Source: Acidobacteriota bacterium
Lineage (GTDB): Bacteria; Acidobacteriota; UBA6911; RPQK01; JADFOI01
Direction: 5' to 3'
Length of the DNA stretch: 64,000 nt
Assembly (NCBI GenBank): GCA_963663035.1
Contig: OY760074.1
Location: 2,176,001 to 2,240,000 of the forward strand
Shown here one piece after another: positions 29,482 to 39,203 of the stretch. A program made the translations under genes and the position numbers. The notes beneath the pieces are model-generated. The model searched no databases and had not been told where the DNA came from. It saw only the letters and a program-made list of their open reading frames with translations. Every line of letters begins with the position of its first letter. The stretch's first letter is position 1.

Positions 29482-32400
29482 ATGAAGAGGCCGAGTGGGG
29501 TCGCAGAGGACCCCTTAGAAACTCATTTCCATCCAGCTGTATCAGCATGGTTCCAGCAGCGATTCGGTGAGGCCAGCCAACCTCAGAAGCTAGGCTGGCC
29601 GGCCATCCAAAAAGGCGATCATGTTTTGATCGCCTCTCCCACGGGTTCCGGGAAAACCTTAGCTGCCTTTCTGTGCGCCATTGATCGCCTGGTTCAACAG
29701 GGTGTCGAGGGCCACCTCCCAAACACCACACAGGTCCTTTATATTTCTCCCCTCAAGGCACTAGCCAACGACGTTCGTAAGAATTTGCTGGAACCTCTAC
29801 AGGAGATTCGGGAAACAGCCAGTGAGATGCAACTGGAAATTCCCGAAATCACGCCCAATGTGCGCACTGGGGACACCCCTGGGAGTGAACGCCAAAGGAT
29901 GATTCGGAAGCCGCCCCACATTCTCGTCACCACCCCTGAATCATTGTTTATTCTGTTGACCAGTGAGAGCGGTCGAAGAATGCTGCGAAACGTGAACACC
30001 GTGATTGTGGACGAAATCCACGCACTGGCCAGGGACAAGCGCGGTTCTCACTTGAGCCTTTCCCTGGAAAGACTTGAGGTCCTCACGGGTAAGCCCTTCC
30101 AGCGAGTTGGCCTTTCGGCCACCCAGAAACCGATTGAAGAAATTGCCCGGTTCCTGACCGGAGTTCAACGCAAGGCCGTGGTCCTCGACATGGGACATCA
30201 GCGTCACATGGAACTGGCTGTGGAGGTTCCCCATGATGAGCTGGGAGCGGTGGCAAGCAACGAAATGTGGGAAGAAATCTATGAGAGACTCTCTAAACTC
30301 ATCCACCAGCACCGTACCACACTCATCTTCGTGAACACTCGACGTCTCGCAGAGAGGGTCGCCTATCACCTGGCTGAACGATTCGAAGACGACTCCATAG
30401 CAGCCCATCATGGAAGCCTATCGAGAGATATTCGTCTCAAGGCAGAGGAGCGACTCAAGTCCGGTGAACTGAAGGCAGTGGTAGCAACAGCATCACTAGA
30501 GTTGGGGATAGACATTGGTTCCGTCGACCTGGTCTGCCAACTCGGTTCCACTCGTTTGATCTCCCTTGCCTTACAGCGTATTGGACGTTCCGGTCACTGG
30601 AAGGGAAGCATCCCCAAAGGACGAATCTTTGCCACTACAAGAGACGAACTTCTCGAGTGCGCGGCCTTGGTCTGGGCCATCCGAAAAGGGCAGCTGGATC
30701 GAATCCGGATTCCTCCCGCTCCTCTGGATATTCTGGCCCAGCAGATCGTAGCTGCGGCAGCCAGCCGGGAGTGGGAGGAGGAGGAGCTGTTTCAAGTCTT
30801 CCGTAGAGCTGCTCCCTACTCTTCTCTGCTTCACAAAGATTTTGATGCCATCGTGACCATGCTGTCCGAAGGAATCTCCACTCGCCGGGGACGTAGAGGC
30901 GCTTACTTACACCGCGACCGGATCAACGGAAAGATTCGGGCCGGGCGTGGGGCTCGGTTGGCGGCCTTAACCTCGGGAGGAGCCATTCCCGACCGCGCCG
31001 ATTATCTGGTGAAGGCCGACCCTGAAGAGACTCTGGTAGGGACTCTGGATGAGGATTTCGCAGTGGAGAGTATGCAGGGCGATATCTTTCTGCTGGGGAA
31101 CACCTCCTGGCGCATCCGTCGGGTTGAAGCTGGGGTCGTGCGGGTGGAAAACGCCGGCGGTGCCCCTCCCACTGTGCCGTTCTGGCGCGGCGAGGCGCCG
31201 GCCCGCACAGACGAGCTCTCTCAGGCTTTCTCGGAACTTCGCGAGCAAATTGTGGCTCGCGGCGTAGAAGCCCAACCATGGCTCAAGGGAGAATGCGGGC
31301 TCGATGACAGCGGAGCCCAACAGGCCGTCCAATATGTGCTGGCGGGAGAGGCTGCTCTGGGTGCACTGGCAACTCAGAACCGGGTGGTCGCAGAGCGTTT
31401 CTTTGACGAGTCGGGTGGGATGCAGCTTGTGTTACATACCCCTTTTGGGAGCCGGATTAACAGAGCCTGGGGTCTGGCCTTGCGCAAACGGTTCTGCCGC
31501 TCTTTTAACTTTGAGCTTCAGGCAGCAGCAACCGAGAATGGAATTCTCATTTCGCTCAGCGATCAGCACAGCTTCCCTTTGGATAGCATTTTTGCTTTTT
31601 TGTCTTCCAAAAATGTACGCGAGGTTCTGATTCAGGCGCTGTTGGCAGTTCCTCTTTTCGGTACTCGCTGGCGCTGGAATGCAAGTCGTGCCCTGGCGAT
31701 AATCCGTTTCTCGAATGGCCGAAAGGTGCCTCCTCCTCTGCAACGAATTCGTTCTGATGATCTCCTGGCTTCTATTTTTCCGGAGCAGGCAGCCTGCCTG
31801 GAGAATATCCAGGGGGACATTGTGGTTCCCGACCATCCGCTGGTTTTCGAAACCGTTCGAGACTGCGTGAATGAAGCCATGGATGTGGACGGTCTCATAG
31901 GGGTTTTAAGCAAGATAGAAGACGGAGAAATCGAATGTGTGGCAATGGATACCAGGGAACCCTCTCCATTTAGCCATGAGATCCTCAACGCCAACGCATA
32001 CGCCTTCCTGGATGATGCGCCTCTGGAGGAACGCCGCGCTCGTGCGGTTCAGACCAGGCGGACTTTGTCCGGACAAGACAGGGAGCTCGGCATATTGGAC
32101 GACCAGGCCATCCAGCAGGTGGCCAAGGAAGCCTGGCCTCCCCTGGAGAGTCCTGATGAGTTACACGATGCTCTACTGACGCTGGGAGTCCTCACAAATA
32201 CCGAAGTTGAGCAACACCCAAATCTGCTCGAGCACCTGGTGGAGCACCAACGAGTCGGGCGTGTGATCGTCGAACCCATTGTTGAAAGGGAGAATCAAGA
32301 ATCCCAGGAACCCATTACTTTTTGGTTCGCCACTGAAAGGTTGAACCTGGTCAAGTCTATCTACCCGGAGGGACGAATGGTTCCGGGACTTCAAGTTGCT

Positions 32401-33816
32401 GAAAAGTACCTGTGGGAGAAAGATAAGGCTTTGGACGCGGAGCAAGCCCTGCGTGAGCTGGTGCGGTGTCGCCTGCAGTCCTCCGGACCCGCCACTTCAA
32501 GCGAGCTGTGCCTTCTCTTGAATCTTCCACAAACTGCGATTGATACCGCTCTGCAGGCGTTGCAAAAGGATGGTCAGATCCTTTCCGGATCCTTCCGCGC
32601 CTCGACTGGAGAGTTGGAGTGGTGTGATCGAAAGCTTTTGGCTCGGATCCATCGCCTCACCTTGGGGCGTCTGCGGCGTGAGATTGAGCCGGTGTCCCCA
32701 GCCGAGTTCATGCGATTCCTGTTTCGTTGGCAGCATTTGCCCTCTGGAACTCACTTACACGGCGAACAAGGCTTATCCATGACCCTGGACCAACTTCAGG
32801 GCTTTGAAGCAGCAGCAGCGGCCTGGGAAGAGTTCCTTCTGCCCAGCCGAATCAGTGAGTATGTTCCTGAACTCCTCGACCGACTGTGCCTCTCGGGAGA
32901 ATTCGTGTGGGGACGGCTCTCCCTGCCCTCCACTCTGGAAGCTGAAGCCTTAAATGAAAGACCCTTCTCGTCTCCCCGTGGGACTCGGCCCTCACGCCTG
33001 GCACCGGTGGCTTTTTTCAGGCGAAGGGAAATGCGTGAGTTTTTCCTGCTTCGCGACATCGACAGAGGGAGACTGGACCAGAGCGACGACCCAGCCGCAC
33101 AACTGAACCTGTCACATCCTGCTAACGAGGTCCTGGAACAGCTCCAGCGCTGGGGCGCATGTTTTCTGGAGGATCTTGCCCGAACCACTGGAAGACTTCC
33201 TTTGGAGGTCGAAGAAGGATTGTGGGAACTGGTAGCTGCTGGTTTGGCCACGGCCGATGGTTTTGACAATCTGCGCTTTCTCATCAACCCAAAACGAAAA
33301 CGTGGGTTTGCCCATCGTTCCTCAGGAAGGTCCAGCCTTCGGACCATTGAGCGATCCATGGGTCGTTGGACTCTTCTCGATCTGCCCGGGATGTCAACCG
33401 AGGGAATTCCCCCCCTTGAGTTGGTAGCTCGACAGCTTTTGAAGCGCTGGGGCGTGGTCTTTCGTGATTTGTTGGCTCGCGAGAGCCTCCTTCCAGCCTG
33501 GCGTGATTTCCTGGGAATTTACCGCACGATGGAGGCTCAGGGGCTGGTCCGGGGTGGACGCTTTGTCTCCGGATTTGTGGGCGAGCAGTTCGCCTTGCCC
33601 GAAGCGCTCGATTCGCTAAGAGCTACCAGGCGCAGCCAGCCTACGGGAGAAGTCCTCCGGATTTCTGCAGCTGATCCCCTGAACCTCATTGGAATCATCA
33701 CACCCGGACCGCGGCTTCGCCCCCATCCGACACGCTTCGCCTATTATCGCGACGGTGTGCCCGTAGAGGAGGAGAGCTTCCTTGTCTCGAAATCACTTTC
33801 CGTCTCTATGGCTTAG
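29482..33816 (+). CDS. lhr: ATP-dependent helicase Lhr (long form with C-terminal winged-helix region)
   Basis: SPTGSGKT, SPLKALAND, RTGDT, TTPE, DEIH, KRG, SAT, HHGSL, SLELGIDIG, QRIGRSGH, GGAIPD; C-terminal GRFV..GEQFALP. Confidence 0.93.
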   Translation: MKRPSGVAEDPLETHFHPAVSAWFQQRFGEASQPQKLGWPAIQKGDHVLIASPTGSGKTLAAFLCAIDRLVQQGVEGHLPNTTQVLYISPLKALANDVRKNLLEPLQEIRETASEMQLEIPEITPNVRTGDTPGSERQRMIRKPPHILVTTPESLFILLTSESGRRMLRNVNTVIVDEIHALARDKRGSHLSLSLERLEVLTGKPFQRVGLSATQKPIEEIARFLTGVQRKAVVLDMGHQRHMELAVEVPHDELGAVASNEMWEEIYERLSKLIHQHRTTLIFVNTRRLAERVAYHLAERFEDDSIAAHHGSLSRDIRLKAEERLKSGELKAVVATASLELGIDIGSVDLVCQLGSTRLISLALQRIGRSGHWKGSIPKGRIFATTRDELLECAALVWAIRKGQLDRIRIPPAPLDILAQQIVAAAASREWEEEELFQVFRRAAPYSSLLHKDFDAIVTMLSEGISTRRGRRGAYLHRDRINGKIRAGRGARLAALTSGGAIPDRADYLVKADPEETLVGTLDEDFAVESMQGDIFLLGNTSWRIRRVEAGVVRVENAGGAPPTVPFWRGEAPARTDELSQAFSELREQIVARGVEAQPWLKGECGLDDSGAQQAVQYVLAGEAALGALATQNRVVAERFFDESGGMQLVLHTPFGSRINRAWGLALRKRFCRSFNFELQAAATENGILISLSDQHSFPLDSIFAFLSSKNVREVLIQALLAVPLFGTRWRWNASRALAIIRFSNGRKVPPPLQRIRSDDLLASIFPEQAACLENIQGDIVVPDHPLVFETVRDCVNEAMDVDGLIGVLSKIEDGEIECVAMDTREPSPFSHEILNANAYAFLDDAPLEERRARAVQTRRTLSGQDRELGILDDQAIQQVAKEAWPPLESPDELHDALLTLGVLTNTEVEQHPNLLEHLVEHQRVGRVIVEPIVERENQESQEPITFWFATERLNLVKSIYPEGRMVPGLQVAEKYLWEKDKALDAEQALRELVRCRLQSSGPATSSELCLLLNLPQTAIDTALQALQKDGQILSGSFRASTGELEWCDRKLLARIHRLTLGRLRREIEPVSPAEFMRFLFRWQHLPSGTHLHGEQGLSMTLDQLQGFEAAAAAWEEFLLPSRISEYVPELLDRLCLSGEFVWGRLSLPSTLEAEALNERPFSSPRGTRPSRLAPVAFFRRREMREFFLLRDIDRGRLDQSDDPAAQLNLSHPANEVLEQLQRWGACFLEDLARTTGRLPLEVEEGLWELVAAGLATADGFDNLRFLINPKRKRGFAHRSSGRSSLRTIERSMGRWTLLDLPGMSTEGIPPLELVARQLLKRWGVVFRDLLARESLLPAWRDFLGIYRTMEAQGLVRGGRFVSGFVGEQFALPEALDSLRATRRSQPTGEVLRISAADPLNLIGIITPGPRLRPHPTRFAYYRDGVPVEEESFLVSKSLSVSMA

Positions 33817-33920
33817 TCCTTCGCTGATGCAAACCCGGCTCCGTTATCTAGGCAGCCGGCTCGATCTCAGTCGGTGAAATTTCTTAAACTATAAGAATCA
33901 GCAGTTTGCAGTGAGGAAAA

Positions 33921-35150
33921 ATGGATATTGAGTTTGTTCGATTGTGCGACCGGTGGGTAGGAGCCCTCGGCTGCCGAATCCTTTCGGGAAGCGAAAGGAT
34001 TCGCAAACTGATTTTCACTAACCCCGCGTCCACCTCTCCCAAGAATATCCTGGTGATCGAAATCTCGGAAATGGGAAGTGTCATCTTGGCCTATTCCATG
34101 CTTCAGGAGGTTAAGCGACGTTATCCTCATGCCAACATCTACTTCTTGATGTTTGAAAAAATTAGAGAAAGCCTGGATGTGATGGAATTGATTCCAAGGG
34201 AGAACGTGATCACCCTGAGCGATAAGAATCTATGGGCCTTTTCCCGAAGTGCCCTCAAGGCAGTGAGGAAGCTTCGGAGATTGCACATTGATACGGTGTT
34301 GGACATGGAGTTGTTTGCTCGAATCAGCTCCATATTTAGTTATCTCAGCGGAGCACAGAGTCGGATCGGGTTTTACCGTTACACTATGGAAGGACTCTAT
34401 CGAGGAAACTTCCTGACCCACAAAGTGCAGTACAACTCCTCTATTCACATCGCTAAAAACCAGATGGCCCTTCTCGATGCTCTTGAAGAAGATCCTTCCT
34501 CCAGTCCGCTGGTGAAACGCAACTACAGCAACCTGGAGTTGACACTGCCCCAATTGAAAAATTCCGAAGAAGACAATCGCCGAATTCGAGACCAGCTGAA
34601 AACAACTTGTCCGGATCTGTCCAAAGATGGACAGATCATCATTCTGAATCCCAGCGGGGGAGAACTTCCCATTCGAGCCTGGCCCCTGGACTACTACATC
34701 TCACTGACCCAGCTGCTTTTGCAAGAGGACAACCTTGTGGTTGGAGTCATGGGTTTAGCCAGCGAAAAGGTCTGGTATAAGAGGATGGCAGAAGAAATCT
34801 CCTCTCCCCGCTTCTTCGATTTCACCGGAATGACTTTGAGCGTCAGAGAGGTGATCCAGCTTTTCAACTGCTGTGATGTTTTGGTCACATCCGACAGCGG
34901 CCCGGCCCACTTCGCAGGGCTCTCCTCCATTCACTGTATCGCCTTTTTTGGTCCCGAAACTCCGACACTCTATGGTCCTCTCAATTCTAATTCCACCTGT
35001 CTTTATGCAGGGTTGAGCTGCAGCCCCTGCTTGACCGCATATAACCACCGGAACACGCCCTGTGATGGGAACAATCTCTGTGTTCAAGAGTTCAAGCCTG
35101 AGTATGTCAAAGGGCTGGTGGTGAAAGCCTTAAAAGAAACTCCGGCTTGA
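33921..35150 (+). CDS. glycosyltransferase family 9 (heptosyltransferase-like)
   Basis: EMGSVIL, RAWP, VTSDSGPAHFA, FFGPETP, C-terminal CSPC..C..C. Confidence 0.88.
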   Translation: MDIEFVRLCDRWVGALGCRILSGSERIRKLIFTNPASTSPKNILVIEISEMGSVILAYSMLQEVKRRYPHANIYFLMFEKIRESLDVMELIPRENVITLSDKNLWAFSRSALKAVRKLRRLHIDTVLDMELFARISSIFSYLSGAQSRIGFYRYTMEGLYRGNFLTHKVQYNSSIHIAKNQMALLDALEEDPSSSPLVKRNYSNLELTLPQLKNSEEDNRRIRDQLKTTCPDLSKDGQIIILNPSGGELPIRAWPLDYYISLTQLLLQEDNLVVGVMGLASEKVWYKRMAEEISSPRFFDFTGMTLSVREVIQLFNCCDVLVTSDSGPAHFAGLSSIHCIAFFGPETPTLYGPLNSNSTCLYAGLSCSPCLTAYNHRNTPCDGNNLCVQEFKPEYVKGLVVKALKETPA

Positions 35151-35162
35151 TCGGAACCTTCC

Positions 35163-37178
35163 ATGCTTACTGGTTGGCAGTTTTTACGAAGCAAAAAAGG
35201 AATGGCGATCCTCCTGCTGATCGCGATCCTTGTGCTGGCGTATGCCCCGGCAACGAATTTTCCCTTTGTCAACTTCGATGACAACGAATATGTCACAGAC
35301 GTTCCACAGATACAGCAGGGTCTATCCTGGGACAGCTTCATGTGGGCCATGACCACGATGGAAGCAGCCTTTTGGCATCCCCTGACATGGCTGTCTCACA
35401 TACTGGACTACCAGCTATTCGGATTGAACCCGGCCGGCCATCATCTCACCAACCTGCTCCTGCACCTGGCCAATGTGCTCCTTCTGTTCGGTGTGCTTCA
35501 CCAGATGACCGGAGCCGTGTGGCGCAGCGCTTTAGTGGCGGCCTTGTTTGCCCTGCACCCCCTCAATGTGGAATCGGTGGCCTGGGTGGCGGAACGCAAG
35601 AATGTACTGAGCACCTTGTTTTGGCTGCTGACCATGGCGGCCTATGTGGGATATGTGAGAAAGCCTGTCTGGCAGCGCTATGTGGGAATGATGGGCATCT
35701 TTGTGCTGGGACTGATGGCCAAGCCAATGCTGGTGACCCTGCCCTGTGTGCTACTGCTGCTGGACTACTGGCCCCTGGGACGGCTGGGAAAAGAGGGGAA
35801 GGAGTTTCAGCGGCGGCTGCCCAGGTTGGTGGCAGAGAAGCTGCCGCTGTTTATTCCTGTGGCAGCGGTCAGCGTGCTGGCGATTCAGGCGCAGTCACGG
35901 GCTGGAGCCCTCCCCTCCTGGGAAGGCCTGCCGCTGGGAACTCGAGTGGCCAACGCCGTTCTGTCCTATGGGCTTTATCTCAAGAAGATGGTGTGGCCGA
36001 CGGATCTGGCGGTCTTTTATCCCCATCCGGGCAACTCATGGGAGATCGGGTCGGTGGCTTTGGCGGTTCTGCTGCTAGGCGGAATTTCGCTGGGAGTATG
36101 GTGGCAAGGTCGAAGCTATCGCTATCTGGTGGTGGGCTGGCTCTGGTATGTGGGGACGCTGTTTCCGGTGATCGGTCTCATTCAGGTCGGCAGCCACGCC
36201 ATGGCTGACCGCTACGCCTACGTCCCCTTGATGGGTCTGTTCATCATGCTGATCTGGGGTGTAGCAGAGATGACGGAAAGAGTACGGTTGAGAAGAGAGT
36301 GGCTGGTGGGCGCTGTCCTGTGCCTGCTGGTGGCACTGACAGTCCTCACCAGGGTGCAGCTCAGCTACTGGAAAAGTACGACCCGACTGTTTGAGCATGC
36401 ACTTTTGGTGACCTCCAACAATCACCTAGCTCACAATGCCCTGAGTGTTGAATACATGGAAGAGAAAGAATTTGGGAAAGCCATCGAACATCTTGCTCAG
36501 GCACTCATCATGTATCCCCGCTATGCCGACGCGCACAATAATCTCGGTATAGCTCTAGCGCGACAAGGCAGACTGGAAGACGCCAAACATCACTACCTCC
36601 AGGCCATCCAGATTGCCCCTAACTCCTATGCGGCCCACAATAATTTGGGTCTGACACTTCTGACCACTGAAAAGGTCGATGAGGCTATTGATCACTTTTC
36701 TCGTGCCCTGGCCCTTAATCCCTACTACGCGGAAGCGCATAACAATCTGGGAACGGCCAAACTTAAGAAAGGGCACAGAACCGAGGCCATGGAGTCTTTC
36801 AGAAAGGCGGCAGAACTTCGACCGAGCTTTGCCGAAGCCTCTTACAATGTGGGAACAGAACTGCTCAATCTTGGCCATTTGGAGGAAGCAAAGGAGCAGT
36901 TCCTAGCAGCTCTGGAAGCTGATCCTGACTATTTGGACGCTTACGTGAATCTGGGAGTCCTGCTCAGAAGACAGGGCAGAGTCGATGATGCCATTGCTTT
37001 ATATCTGATGGCCTTGGAACTCGACCCGAATCACGCTGAAACTCATAATAATCTGGGAACGGTGCTGGCCCAAAAAGGAGATCTTCAGCAAGCGATCAAG
37101 CACCTTCAGGAGGCTATCAAAAGCAACCCCAACTACCCTGAAGCGCGCGCCAATCTTCAGCTGCTCCAGTCCAGGTAA
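35163..37178 (+). CDS. TMTC-like GT-C membrane glycosyltransferase with about 7 TPRs (copy 1)
   Basis: FVNFDD, WHPLTWLSH, LHPLNVESVAWVAERK, KPM, EK, ADRY; HNNLG TPR repeats. Confidence 0.88.
   Translation: MLTGWQFLRSKKGMAILLLIAILVLAYAPATNFPFVNFDDNEYVTDVPQIQQGLSWDSFMWAMTTMEAAFWHPLTWLSHILDYQLFGLNPAGHHLTNLLLHLANVLLLFGVLHQMTGAVWRSALVAALFALHPLNVESVAWVAERKNVLSTLFWLLTMAAYVGYVRKPVWQRYVGMMGIFVLGLMAKPMLVTLPCVLLLLDYWPLGRLGKEGKEFQRRLPRLVAEKLPLFIPVAAVSVLAIQAQSRAGALPSWEGLPLGTRVANAVLSYGLYLKKMVWPTDLAVFYPHPGNSWEIGSVALAVLLLGGISLGVWWQGRSYRYLVVGWLWYVGTLFPVIGLIQVGSHAMADRYAYVPLMGLFIMLIWGVAEMTERVRLRREWLVGAVLCLLVALTVLTRVQLSYWKSTTRLFEHALLVTSNNHLAHNALSVEYMEEKEFGKAIEHLAQALIMYPRYADAHNNLGIALARQGRLEDAKHHYLQAIQIAPNSYAAHNNLGLTLLTTEKVDEAIDHFSRALALNPYYAEAHNNLGTAKLKKGHRTEAMESFRKAAELRPSFAEASYNVGTELLNLGHLEEAKEQFLAALEADPDYLDAYVNLGVLLRRQGRVDDAIALYLMALELDPNHAETHNNLGTVLAQKGDLQQAIKHLQEAIKSNPNYPEARANLQLLQSR
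35315..36248 (+). repeat. about 930-bp near-identical direct repeat (partner 39358-40291)
   Basis: Constant offset of 4043 nt; about 20 substitutions counted by eye over the central ~800 bp. Confidence 0.92.
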
Positions 37179-39203
37179 ATGACTACTCTGACCGTCTTTC
37201 GAAATCACCAGAAGGGGATCGCCGGGCTGTTCTTGATCATGGCGACTCTCATTGTCTATGCGCCGGTCAAGGACTATCAATTCATTGATCTGGATGATGA
37301 CGTCTACGTGACCCACAACCCTCGAGTCCAGGATGGCTTGACCTGGGGAAACATTGTTTGGGCCTTGGGAACCCTGGAAGCTGGCTTTTGGCACCCTCTC
37401 ACCTGGTGGTCGCACATGCTGGATTGTGAGCTTTTCGGCTTAGATCCTGGCGGCCATCATTTAACGAGTCTGTTCCTTCACACCATCAATGCTTTCCTCC
37501 TCTTCTGGTTGCTTCAACAGGCCACCGGAGCCGTGTGGCGTAGTTTTCTTGTGGGAGCGTTATTTGCCTTACACCCGCTCAATGTGGAGTCTGTGGCCTG
37601 GGTGGCAGAACGCAAAAATGTGCTGAGCACCTTGTTTTGGCTACTGACCATCTGGGCCTATGTGAGGTATGTGAAAAAGCCGGGCTGGAAGCGCTATCTA
37701 CAGGTGATCTCACTTTTTGTATTGGGACTGATGGCCAAGCCGATGCTGGTGACCCTTCCCTGTGTCCTGTTGCTGTTGGACTATTGGCCCCTGGGCCGAC
37801 TGGGAAGTTCCTGGAGCGAATTACGCCAGAAGTACTCAAAGCTGCTGCTGGAAAAAGTGCCGCTCCTCTCTCTAGCTGTGGCAAGTGGGCTCCTGGCGAT
37901 TCAGGCCCAGCAGGAGTTGGGAGCTCTACCCTCATTACAACAGTTTTCATTCGGTGTTCGCCTGGCTAACGCCGTGACAGCCAACATGTCTTATCTGAGT
38001 AAGATGGTCTGGCCTACCGACCTGGCGGTCTTCTACCCCCATCCGCAAACCTCACTGTCGGTTGGGCAGATTGTCCTGGCAATTCTGGTTGTCGGTACCA
38101 TCTCACTTCTGGTGTGGTTCGGGACACCTTCATTTCCCTATCTTTTCGTTGGATGGCTGTGGTACCTGGGGACTTTATCTCCAGTCAGTGGTCTCATCCA
38201 GGTCGGGCAACATGCCATGGCGGATCGTTACATGTACGTTCCCCTCATTGGTCTGTTTATCCTGGTTGTGTGGGGTTTCACACAGTGGTTAGATCGCTGG
38301 CGAGTGAGAAAGGAGCTATGGATAGGAGCAAGTGCGTGTTTGCTCATTGGGCTCTCGCTGAGCGCCCGAAGTCAGCTCGCTCATTGGCAAAATAGTATCA
38401 CCCTATTCGAACATACGATTCGATCCACCGACAATAATGACCTGATTCACAATAATCTGGGAACCGCCTTATGGGAACGCGGCGAGAATATGAAAGCCAT
38501 CGAGCAGTTTTCAGCTGCCCTGGAGATCAAACCCGACAGCCCGCAAGTCCTCTACAACATGGGCCTCGCTCTGAAGACAGATGGTAGACTCGACGCTGCT
38601 ACCCGCTATTTTTCAAAAGCCCTGGAAATCAACCCGAAGCTTGCTGGTGCCCTTAACAACCTGGGGATCATCCTCCTGGCACAGGGTCGTCTGGAGGAGG
38701 CCATCCAACGTTTCTCCAGGGCTCTTGAGATTGATCCACGAATGGTTCCAGCCCACAACAACCTGGGGACGGCCCTGATGGGAACGGGCAGAGTCGATGA
38801 GGCCCTTTTGCATTTTTCCGAAGCGGTCGCAATCAGTCCTGGTCAGCCCAGCGCCTACAACAACTTAGGGGCGGCGTTGGATCTGCTAGGTCGCTCAGAG
38901 GAGGCAATCTACAATTACCGCCGCGCCCTCGAGCTGGCTCCCGGTTCTTACCGTACACAGAACAACCTGGGAAAGATATTCAAGGACAATGGGAATCTCG
39001 ATGAAGCGGCTGGACACTTTTCCAGAGCCACTGAGCTTGAGCCCAATTTCAGCGATGCCTATTTCAACCTGGCTCTGGTCAGAACGGATCAAGGGAGAAT
39101 TGAGGAAGCCATCCACCTCTTCCGCCAGGTCCTGAAACTCAATCCAGAACACACTGAAGCCCAGAACCGTCTCCTCCTTTTACTCAAAGAGGCTAACCCT
39201 TGA
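37179..39203 (+). CDS. TMTC-like GT-C membrane glycosyltransferase with about 7 TPRs (copy 2)
   Basis: FIDLDDD, WHPLTW, LHPLNVESVAWVAERK, ADRY; TPR repeats. Confidence 0.88.
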   Translation: MTTLTVFRNHQKGIAGLFLIMATLIVYAPVKDYQFIDLDDDVYVTHNPRVQDGLTWGNIVWALGTLEAGFWHPLTWWSHMLDCELFGLDPGGHHLTSLFLHTINAFLLFWLLQQATGAVWRSFLVGALFALHPLNVESVAWVAERKNVLSTLFWLLTIWAYVRYVKKPGWKRYLQVISLFVLGLMAKPMLVTLPCVLLLLDYWPLGRLGSSWSELRQKYSKLLLEKVPLLSLAVASGLLAIQAQQELGALPSLQQFSFGVRLANAVTANMSYLSKMVWPTDLAVFYPHPQTSLSVGQIVLAILVVGTISLLVWFGTPSFPYLFVGWLWYLGTLSPVSGLIQVGQHAMADRYMYVPLIGLFILVVWGFTQWLDRWRVRKELWIGASACLLIGLSLSARSQLAHWQNSITLFEHTIRSTDNNDLIHNNLGTALWERGENMKAIEQFSAALEIKPDSPQVLYNMGLALKTDGRLDAATRYFSKALEINPKLAGALNNLGIILLAQGRLEEAIQRFSRALEIDPRMVPAHNNLGTALMGTGRVDEALLHFSEAVAISPGQPSAYNNLGAALDLLGRSEEAIYNYRRALELAPGSYRTQNNLGKIFKDNGNLDEAAGHFSRATELEPNFSDAYFNLALVRTDQGRIEEAIHLFRQVLKLNPEHTEAQNRLLLLLKEANP